Positions 29,123 through 40,212 of a DNA stretch of 64,000 bases are shown one piece after another (the first letter of the stretch is position 1; every line of letters begins with the position of its first letter). Made by a program: the position numbers and the translations under genes. A model generated the notes under the pieces. The model saw only the letters and a program-made list of their open reading frames with translations, was not told the DNA's origin and did no database searches. This DNA comes from Chrysomallon squamiferum (Eukaryota; Animalia; Mollusca), in NCBI GenBank assembly GCA_012295275.1, contig CM022672.1, positions 21,700,001 to 21,764,000 of the forward strand, read 5' to 3'.

Positions 29123-31634
29123 ACATCACATGACATTCTGTACATCAAGCTTAAAAGGAAAGCAGTATTTATACAACACTCCAACTGTTTAATTAAACAT
29201 TGTTAAACGTGATCTTGCTGAAGGTTGGCCATGTCACTCAATAAACAGACCTTGAGTGCTGTTTATCTCCCTTAGATTGTGTTCTTTTGGGAGGTTTTTT
29301 TTTTAACTAAAGGAAGAAAAAGAAAACAACAAACTCCTCTTCCTCCTTCATCTTACAAGCTCTTGTACTGATCAGCAAGAAATGTTTTGAGTGTGTGTTG
29401 CAAATCTGAAGATGTTAGTTTAAAATAATAATGATGATGATAATGATGACAAAAAAACAGCTACAATGATGATGATGAAAATAAAAATAATAATGATGAT
29501 AATGATTATGATGACAGTGATAATGATAATGATGATGAGGGTGAGGATGATGAAAATAATGATGAAAACAACAACAATAACAACACTAATAATAATAAAA
29601 ACACTAGTAACAACTATAATAATAGCAGCAACAACAATAAGAACACTAGTAACAACTATAACAATAATAACACTATCTGAGCAATCTCAAATAAAGCAGT
29701 AGGTTCTGTTGATAAACAAGAAATAAAGTTTTGTATGTGTATTGTTAAGCTATTACTTAATGCTTGGTTATGTGTTCCTGTATAGTTTGCCTTGAAATAT
29801 TTCATGTGAACTGTTGTTTTGAATAACATATTGAAGTAAAAAGATTTGACTGTAGATTTACTGTTCAAATCCGTGATGACCAGCACATTGTTATTTTTTT
29901 CACTGGTCATTTCAAGTTATTAGGAAAATACTTTTAAACAGCATATAATCATTGTGTGAAAGAAAACATTAACAGATATATAATCATCCCTGAAATAAAA
30001 TCAGTAAATTGTTTTATACACGTTCCTTGAAATTGTATCATCTGTTATTTTATCATTGTAATTAAATTCTCCTACAGTACCTGCTTATACATATTCTCTG
30101 TAACATATACCACTGATTTTCTAACTGGTATAATTAAACCCTCATAGACAGGCTCATAATCATGTTATTTCTGTCCCTAAACAGGGAAATGATAAAAAAA
30201 AAATATATATATATATATCAAAACAAAGATAGTTTGAGACAAGAGACACACACACATATATATATATAAGATAGATACAGAAAACACAGAGACACACACA
30301 CACACACACATACATATATATAAGATAGACACAGATACAGACACAGCAAATATATTGATAAGATAGCTACAAATAATAGATACGATAGATGCAGATAACA
30401 GATAAACACAGAAAAATGTAGTGAGATATAAGACAGACATAGATAAAATCACAGACTGATAAGACAGGCACAGTAGAGTGGCAAGAGAGACAGACAAGCA
30501 GTCAGATAAAACAAGGCAATAACCTGAGTATCAAATTACAGACATGATGAGTGTCGTGTATCTCTGATAAATGCTGACAAAGCACAATTTCAACACTGAT
30601 TGTAATGAAAAAAAAGACTTGAACGTGAGTGACTTTTACCCATGACGTCAATAGATGGCTAATTTTATATACTAAAAATTTGATACAAAAAATAAAAATA
30701 AAAGATAAAAAAAATGTAGCCTGAAGCATGTCCGTGGGAATCCTTTAATTTTGTTGTTTTTGATCTATGATTAAAACAAACAAAATGATCAAAACTATTT
30801 TTAAAATTGATTATTATTTGCTTTGTTTTAATTACAACACTGCTAGAATGAGGGTGGTTGTTTGTGTGTGTGTTTTGTACATGTCTGTGTGAGAATGAGA
30901 TAAAGAGAGAGGATATAATGCTTCAGAGTGTGTATGTGTGAGTGTTTATGTTTATGCATGTCTGTATGTGATACTGTGTGTGCCTGTGTTTGTGTTTATG
31001 CATGTGTGTGTATGATAGTGTGTGTCTGTGTATTTATGTGAGTGTATAAGTGTTTGTGTTTGAGTATATGAGTGAATGTGTTTGGTGAGGTGTGTTTACA
31101 TATAGGTATGTATATGGATGTATGTGTGTTTGTGTGTGTGTTTGTCATGTGAGAATATATGTACATTTTAGAAATAGTGTGAAATATTACACTAGTATTA
31201 AAATCAGGAAGAAGAAAAAGTCAGAAAAAGAGAAATAGTGTGTGAAAAAAAAGAACAAACGCAAAAACAAACAAAAATATAGAAAATCACTAAACAACCT
31301 ATATATTAGAAAACAGATAAATAAATAAAAATCAGTGTGGTGGAACAGACAATGAAGTGGGTGAAAAGATCACACATCTTTCTATGGTCAATGAACTTGG
31401 GCCTGGTCTCACATTTTTTCTTTTCAATTAAGTCAAACACATTTTTTTTTTTTTTTTTTTTTTTACCCAGCTTTTGTTGACAATAAATTGTCAAATAAGC
31501 AAAACTTGCAATGTAACATATTTATGCTAGTCCAAAAAGTTTTTGTTATGTTTTGATATCATCAGAGTTCACTGAATTTTTTTTAAAGTGATTAACTGTT
31601 AACTGTTAGATGATAGTTTATTATTCTTACATGT

Positions 31635-31679
<45 letters not shown>

Positions 31680-31884
31680 AAACACATTTTCTCCAAAGCA
31701 TCATGGCATCTTTCACAGACAGGAAACCATGGTTGTAGAGTACTGTGTTGGATTGGGAAATAGGTCACTGGCCATGCTGAGAATGATGCTGGATATACTC
31801 AACATGACTAACACTAATTAAGTACATTTTCACCAATACAATTTCTCATGCACACACACCCACACACACAGAGACACAGGTACA

Positions 31885-31920
<36 letters not shown>

Positions 31921-33114
31921 TACAGGCACAGATAAAAACTGACTCACAAATACACAGACACATCCAATTATCTTACATAATTTACAAACCAAACAACAAC
32001 AATTAAATCTCATATTCATTTGAAGGTTTAACGTTACTTAATTTTCAAAAACTCATTAATATCACTTAACACTGATGAAACGTATCTTCAAATGCAAAGC
32101 GCTGCAGTGTATATCAGCTGTCGGTAGTGTTGTAAATGCAACAGAGTATTTAAAAATTTTGTACATGCCGTAAGTCACATATGAAAGTTGGGCTGCAGCC
32201 CTCTCCACAAGACAATGACATTGAAACGTGGCTGAAGCATCATTACTTCTACACACTCAAGTTTTAATTAATGAATTTGAGACAGGAAATTTCTTTATGA
32301 AAATTCTGAAAGATAATGTATCCTTAGTACATCCTGTGGAAAATAATAGTAAATATTAAGAAATGATTCCTGGAAAACTAGTTAAAGAAATTTGCTGAAA
32401 TAGGGAAAATGTGTGTGTGTATCTTTCTATATATATAAATATGTGTGTATGTGTGTGTGTGTGTGTGTGTGTTTGAGTTCTTATGCATATATATTCAGTG
32501 AATATGTATAAAATACACTCATTATGTTTCATGTATTATACCAATTCCTGTGTGTATTTATATCAATATATACATGTACGTATGTGCATATATTTGCAAT
32601 TATGTACATATATATATGTGGGTATATGTTTATACTGAAGTATGTTTATTTCTAACTATATTTGTTTATGTTTGTATCGTGTGTGTATGTATCTGTTTAC
32701 ATCTATATATGAAAATATGTATTAATTTATGCAATTAAATCATAAATGCGAGTATAATCTACAATTCATGTGTGTATATACTTTACCCTTAGCTGTTGTG
32801 TGCGATTTTCATATCAGTAACAGGTTTAATCCCAAGATAGGTGAGGCTAGAAAATGTTTAATCCTGAGGTAGTGGAAGAAACAGACAGACAGAAATTTTT
32901 ACTCCAGTATTTTCTTGAGGGGATAATCTGTTTACAATCTCTTGGCTATCAGGGCTTACATACACGTACTGTACAAAACTTCAGTTTGGTGTAAACAACA
33001 TAACACACAAAACAAATGTGAATCATGGCCAAGAAGAACTCTGGGTATAAACACAACTAACTATCTTGATATACACAACCTTCATCGAAACTTAGACCAC
33101 AGTATTATAAATGT

Positions 33115-33149
<35 letters not shown>

Positions 33150-35091
33150 TAATTTGGTTCATTCTCACTGGTCACTGCAATTTCTTCATGAACTGGTTTT
33201 GTATTATTTTTCCCATCTCCTATCAACCTAGCATTACATTTTGTTTAATTTTTACATACATGTAGGGTAATTTACTCATTAACTGTGATGGTGTGTCATT
33301 CCGTTTATCACAGAAAATCTGAATATGCTGTTACTACTATTACTATGCTACAACAACTGCTACTACTTCTACTATTACTATACAACGATATTACTATTAC
33401 TACTATTCCGCTACAACTACTACTATTACTAATACTATAATAAAAATTATAATAATTTAAAAATAAATGAATAAACAAAGTAATATATACAGGAAATTAA
33501 GTCTTGGGTTGTAATACATTTTAATTCCATAAATTCATATTTTTACTCTTTCTTAATAACACTAACAACACTGCATATGTTACCATTATAAAACTTAACT
33601 AACCTTACCTACTTTCAAAAATGTTTAAAAAAATATCAAAATATTTATATATTTTATTTATATATATATACATATATATATATAGACAAACCTGTGTATA
33701 AGGGCCATTGTATACAGTTAATTGTTAAACCAGTTTCCTGTGTGTATGTACTTAGGTTTACTTACCTCTAGTTAAATTTATATTCAAAAAGTATCTTTTC
33801 TGACAACTTTAATTAATAACACTCAGAGTAGACATAATATGTAAGGTATATAGAACTTTGCCTTAGGCATCACTAAATTATTAAGCAACTTGGCTATATA
33901 TTTGTCAACCTTGTAAAAAAAATTTAAATATATGAAAAATAAAGAAATATTTTTTAACAAAATTAAATTTATGCTGTTGTTTATAAATGTTTTATTTATT
34001 AATAAGTTCAGTTAATTTTATAATTACAATTGATGTGTGGATGAAGACAAGATATGCTTGTTCATTTAGGTTTCAACTGTATTTTATTATTTTAGAAAAA
34101 TGTATTGCAATATCAAATTTATATAATTATATACAGGTATGTGTTTACAAATTGTTCTTATTGTTTTGCCTGCTAATAAACCCCTAACACTTTTGATGCT
34201 CTGCAGTGAACATTTTTTAATTAGATATAATTCATCAAAAAACACCAGTGATTAAAAGTAAAAAAATCCAGAGAGTGATTGTTTTGAAAGTACACGGCTC
34301 CATTTTTTTAAATGCAGGTACATGCTTTGTTGACAAGTGTAAATAATGTAATTGTTAGAGCAACAGCAACACCTGATTAAATTCCCTACAGAACTGAACA
34401 GCAGCTGTTTCATAAATATTTATCATGCAATCAGTGTCTAATAACAAACTAAATACATAATAAACAAATAGTGTTATTTTTCACATGGCATAAAATGGCC
34501 GTTAGATGATTTTAAAAAAAATATATATATTTGGATATTTTCCCCCACAAGTAAATTAATTATATTTATCAGCCATTTATGAAAATGTTTATTCATGGAT
34601 TTAATTTTTTTTTTTTTTTTTTTTTTTTTGATATCATTCAATTGTAACTTTAATTTTTTTTTTTTTTTTTTAACAATTACATTAAAAAATAAAATAAATA
34701 ATATCAGTAATAAATAATGAATATTTTATATACTTCACAACCCTTCCAGGTAACTAACATCTATAAATGTCATCATTCTAGAAGTTGCATCAGAAAAAAT
34801 AAACAATGAAAACCTATTTAACATAACTTCAGTGAACTCCACAATCTGTAGAGTCATTGTGTGACCATGATTTGACAAAATTTATAGATCAAAATTTTTC
34901 ACCTAAGCTAATTTATCACAGGACTAGTGTCTAGGTTTTAAAATCGTGATGACATTTACAATAAAGGTTTTACCACATGATGATGACTGTGCATTAAACG
35001 TTTTAGATTACATGGAGACTTTTAATCAGATGATGTCTCTGAAAAGGACATGATATTCACAAACAGACACACTATGTCACATCATACTGGT

Positions 35092-35125
<34 letters not shown>

Positions 35126-36491
35126 CTTCCCTGTATGGATACAAGACAAATGGAAGCTGTGGCATGATTATCTCTGTGTGAACCTTTGACAAATAACAGC
35201 AGGAAGCAGGGAAATACTCAGATTAGGAAAGACAAACAGAAAGACTGAGAGAAAAAACAAGAACTGCTGGGACACTTATGAAAATAAAAATGGCTGACTC
35301 AGCATTTTGTTAATATTGATTTTTTTTTTGCTTGTGGGTTTCAAATTATGTTTTATGTTATTTCATTTCAATTTATTATATTTAATTTATTTGTTTTTCT
35401 TCTTCTTCTTACTAAAAAATCATTTTTGTTTAAGTAGGTAGGTTTTATTTCATTTAAAAGAAAAGAAAATCATTTTACTATATACTTTTAAACATTTTAT
35501 TATCATTATTATTATTTCAATAGTATTTTTTTTTTTTTTAAATTATTAGAAATTGTTGTCAGAAACCTTTCCAGCTTTTTTTTTAGTTTTAATTTAAAAA
35601 ATCATTTTTGTTTAAGTAGGTAGTTTTTATTTCATTTAAAAGAAAAGAAAATCATTTTACTATATACTTTTAAACATTTTATTATCATTATTATTATTTC
35701 AATAGTTTTTTTTTTTTTTTTAAATTATTAGAAATTGTTGTCAGAAACCTTTCCAGCTTTTTTTTTAGTTTTAATTTAAAAAATTTTAATGATACATTCT
35801 GAATAAATTATCAAGGTTTAATTTTATTTCTTTTTTTATTATTTGTTTTTTATTTATAAAATGTATTCATCTAAATCATGAAAAATCTGAGCTCCAGCTG
35901 GAAACAAAAATTAAAAATTAAAATGTATTTCAAAAGTTTCTCTAACAGTGGTATTGCATTGTCAAACTTTATTATTAAAAAAGTTTGGGACACTAAGTTA
36001 AATGTTAAATAATAAATTGGATACTTATACAAAATGTATTTAGGTCATATGCACCATGTTAATCACACATAATTTAATTTCTGTCACAAATTGAAATTGA
36101 TTTCACGAATATTATACAACTGACATTTTCACTTTAATGATATATTAATGTCTGATTATGCCACTAATGATATGCCTGCAGTATAAGTATTATGTTATAT
36201 ATCAGTAACAGCTGCCATATGAAAATTTATTTAGGTTTCCAAGTAACTTAAAAAACCATAAAACAAGTATAATACAACATGATTTTAAACTTTGTATGGA
36301 GAAAAAAATAATAATAAAAAGCATTTTAATACTACTAACATTTATCTAAACAATATATTTGAAAGACTTTTCAAATTATGATCATTATCTTTTCTACCAA
36401 AAATTTTGGGGGCAATCCAAAAAATGCGTGACCTATAAATATAGCCTGTTCAGGCATTGTAAATTTAGACATATTCATCAACACACACACA

Positions 36492-36542
<51 letters not shown>

Positions 36543-39500
36543 GTGTGTTGGTGTGTGTGTGTGTGTGTGAACATATATAATACAAATATGAGTGGACTTA
36601 CAAAAAAAATGGATTTATATAATCAAACAATGTGCACACACACATTCACCAGGCATATACACAAATAGAGTTATGCCTACAAACCATATACACAAACAGA
36701 AAACCTGCACACACATGCATTTATATAGATATCTAGACAAATGCACAAGCATATAACTGTAAATGTTTGAAACACACACATAGACACACATACACACCAT
36801 GAAGACATAACATTCATACACACACACACGTGCACACACACTTGCACAAAATTAACTACATATTGTATTTGCTGTAAACATTCACCTGTAAATAATATTC
36901 TGCTGGTGGTCAATTAACCTTAAGGAAATAACTTGTGAGCTAAATTTGATATGTCACGACTATGAAAATAATATTGTAATTACTGCAGCCATACAGTACA
37001 TATGTTACTTGTCCTTTATAGAATGAAAGAAAGAATGAAAGAAAGAATGAATGAAAAGGGAAATTAATGAATGAATAAAAAAAAAAAAAGGATGGACTAG
37101 TTTTTCTAGTTTTATTTCTGGCAGGCATTTGAAATAAACAAATGATTTATCTTTTTCTCTAATTTATTTTATTTTAATTTAATTTAATTTAATTTAATTT
37201 AATTTAATTTAATTTAATTTAATTTAATTTAATTTAATTTAATTTTATTTTATTTTATTTTTTTTTTATTTTTTTTATTTTTTTTTTTTTATTTTTTATT
37301 ATTATGAATATTTTTTTTTTTTTTCCTAGTTTATTATATAGATGGATATACAATTTATCTTTCTCTCTCAATTTTGTATTTATTTCTTCTTTATTTTTTT
37401 CCCAATGTTGTGATGGATGGATGTTATGGTGAATCTTAGTTGCAAATATCATAAGTAGGGGATAAGCTAGTGACCTGGCTGTTAATGCGACAGCCATTAA
37501 ACACTGATTAGACTTGAAAACTGCCCGAAGCACACACTAAGAAGATTAATTCTTAAATCTATCATGTCCGATGTGAGACCTTACAAGTAAATTATAAAAT
37601 GCTCTGTAAACATCAGGTGTTGTGTATATTATGTAAACATGTTGAGTAAAAATTAATTTACAGTGTTCAAAAGTTAATTTAATTTAGTGGTGTGTTTGTA
37701 AGTTCACTGATTATATATATAAGACAGAAGGAAAAAAAAAAAGAAAAGAAGTGAATTTAAAACATGAATATATTAATCTGAATTAAATGCATTATAAAGA
37801 ATATTATGGATAAATGACATTAACAGACATTCATAATTATTTTTGACATTATAAATGTAACTTTTACAATAGTGGTCAGAATATTATTTAACTCTCTATG
37901 TTTAATAACAATAAAAAAAAAACACTGTACCAAGAGCAAAATGTCCGAATATTTTATATGTGTTAATTTTTAATTTACTAAAATAACAGGTACCAGCAAA
38001 TTTTATGAATATCATACTATCACAAGATAAAATAAAACAAAACAAGAAGAAGTAAATAAAAGAAACCCAATTTTTGTTAAAAATATATATTGTTTTATAA
38101 AATTAACAAAAAACATTATGTATGTAATTACTTGTGCCACATTTATAAATACACAAAATTTATGAAATGACAAATTTTACATATTATAAACAATATGGAA
38201 AAAACAACAACAAAAAAAGAGAAAAACATTTGACATAATGAATTCTAGCATCAGCCAAGTTTATTAACAATCATACAGATGATGTGTTTGTGAACTGGAT
38301 ATGAATACTGTAATGATTTGCTAATTATTAAAGTTTCAGTTCTTACCAGAAACATTCTTGATATTAAGATCCTTAAAAAGAAAGTTCTTCATTTGAACTG
38401 TTGTAAAGAAATAAATCTGAAAGAGAAAAAAAAGTAAAAATTTAAAAGATTTTCGTAAGCAACCATTTAGCACAGTCATGGGCAGGCTTCAGCGTTTGGG
38501 TCTTTCTGCATGACACGCCTAATTTAATGAAGAAAATAATATTTATTAGCAATGCAGCCCTCCTGATGACGGGCCCCATTTCTTATTTCAGCCCGCTTCT
38601 CAAACGAATAGTTGCACATGGTTGATTTAGCAATTATACTACTCAGTCTACTGTATTAAAAAAAAAATATATATATTTTAATCTAATATCAGAAAATAGA
38701 CAATTATGAAAATTTAACATTACACAGACACAAACATTATTATATAATTATGCACATGAACAACTAATTTAATTTGTAATGAATGTAAGTTTAAATGAAT
38801 GTTTTCTTTGGAAATAAATCCCATAGACTATTTGTGTTCTAATCCTGAAAATTTTGAATACTGCATAACTGAACTTTTTTATTTTTATTATTGTCGTTGT
38901 TATTGTTGTTATTGTTATTGTTATTGTTATTGTTATTGTTGCTATTGTTATTGTTATCGTTGCTATTATTATTAATTATTATTATTTCTTTTTTATTATT
39001 AATCTCAGTTCAAAAGAAGTGGTAATGATTATAACAACTGAAACCCTGTTTGTCAACACAAAACTGGATCTTCATTTGTTTTTACTGGTACTACTGGAGG
39101 TACCGTTTCTAGAGCGGCCTTTTGCCATGAAGACCAACAGTGCCGCATTATGTGAATGATGAAATACCTGAATCTTCTTCAATTACAGATTTAAAAATAA
39201 TAATAATAATAATAAACCTTTTACTTTCTTTCTTTATTATATAAATGTAACAATCTGTGTGTTATTAAATGTAAAGGATCAAATAATATGACATTAAAGT
39301 TTTCTTTTTTATTATTATTTTAATCTTACGCATTTATACAAAAAAAAAAAAAAATAGAACTAAAAGTTTAAATAAAAAAAAAAAAAATTAATTGTCAATC
39401 GTTTTATTTGTTAATGCAGTTTTAAATTAAAATCATTAATTTAATTTTATTATAATTATTTATTTATTTTATTTATTTATTTATTTATTTTTATTTTTAT

Positions 39501-39629
39501 GTCTTGCACATAAATATATAATTATAAGATGATAAAAATAATTTAAATGCAAATAAATAAATATGTCATGTAGTATACATGCAATTTCAGTTTCTGTAAT
39601 AACCTGGTATAAAATTTACTTACATCCAT
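26314..39629 (-). CDS. Ctr/SLC31-family copper transporter (short N-terminus, CTR2-like), 5 coding exons, about 176 aa
   Basis: Exons 39629-39624 (MD, donor GTAAGT), 38416-38347, 27902-27716, 26904-26789 and 26465-26314 total 531 nt in frame. TM1 GLVGACFVVFFATALFESLK; TM2 YVIMLIFMTY (MxxxM); TM3 LGSGAGHFIF (GxxxG); C-terminus EPCHM. The first micro-exon is less certain than the other four. Confidence 0.9.
27410..27605. repeat. (ACT)n/(ATT)n degenerate trinucleotide tract
   Basis: Directly visible in a Ctr intron. Confidence 0.9.
27977..28040. repeat. (CA)n microsatellite
   Basis: Directly visible. Confidence 0.95.
28345..28403. repeat. (ATT)n microsatellite
   Basis: Directly visible; it explains the poly-Ile pseudo-ORF. 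Confidence 0.95.
29426..29670. repeat. (ATG/ATA/ACA)n low-complexity trinucleotide tract
   Basis: Directly visible; it explains the Met/Ile/Thr-rich pseudo-ORF 29466-29702. Confidence 0.9.
35413..35783. repeat. Near-perfect 182-bp tandem duplication in the long Ctr intron
   Basis: taaaaaatcatttttgtttaagtaggtag...cagaaacctttccagc occurs at about 35413 and again at about 35595 with only a few differences. Confidence 0.92.
37174..37245. repeat. (TTTAA)n pentanucleotide microsatellite
   Basis: Directly visible. Confidence 0.95.
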
Positions 39630-40212
39630 GTTGTATGTGGTAACTTGCGATAATCCGATCTCACAAAAATCCGCCTAATCGGCAACTGTATACACATGCA
39701 AATGAGATTACAGTACAAAAATAAGTTAACACCATTTTGAGGCCATATGATCAAGTCACGTGACTGAACCACCTGACATCCATGTGATGTTTTCTTTCGC
39801 AGAAGAAAACATAATTTTGATTGGCTGGCTCAAAAACCAAACAATTTTGTGATTGGAAGGAGAGAAATAGTTCGAAATTCGAATACAATATGGAGGACGC
39901 TGATGGTCGTGCAGATTTCAAGTATTTACTTTTTGTATGCTTGACTTCAAAATATTAATATTTATCACGTATTTTAAAGTATTTGGAACTTGGTTCGAAT
40001 TTTCGTGCCACGATATTGATGTTTTAACATTTGACACTTGTATAAACAAAATTTTAACTAAATAATTTTTTATTTTTATTTTTATTTTTATTATAATTAT
40101 TATAATTATTATTATTATTTTTATTTTATTTTATTTTAAATAACTCTTAGATTTAGTCTTAGTCGGCGACTTGTCACTTAGAATTTAGACAATTTTTGTT
40201 AAGAAATTCACG
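39630..40212. promoter_or_regulatory. Bidirectional promoter of Ctr (-) and ASPM (+): octamer, CLEAR/E-box palindrome, two inverted CCAAT boxes, tandem CHR-like TTCGAA
   Basis: ATGCAAAT 39696-39703; GTCACGTGAC 39755-39764; ATTGG at 39820 and 39852 (32 bp apart); TTCGAA at 39871 and 39878; local CpG enrichment; start codons about 580 bp apart. Confidence 0.75.

Noticed and set aside
29466-29702. Met-rich ORF inside the copper transporter gene (tempting as a Ctr Met motif)
   Set aside because: It is on the opposite strand to Ctr and is simply an (ATG/ATA)n low-complexity tract.
36630-36845. MRE cores (TGCACAC) in the Ctr intron
   Set aside because: Embedded in CA-microsatellite-derived sequence, where they are expected by chance.
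39104-39167. His-containing candidate exon (VFHHSHN...) in Ctr intron 1
   Set aside because: 64 nt long and would break the frame; weak polypyrimidine tract.
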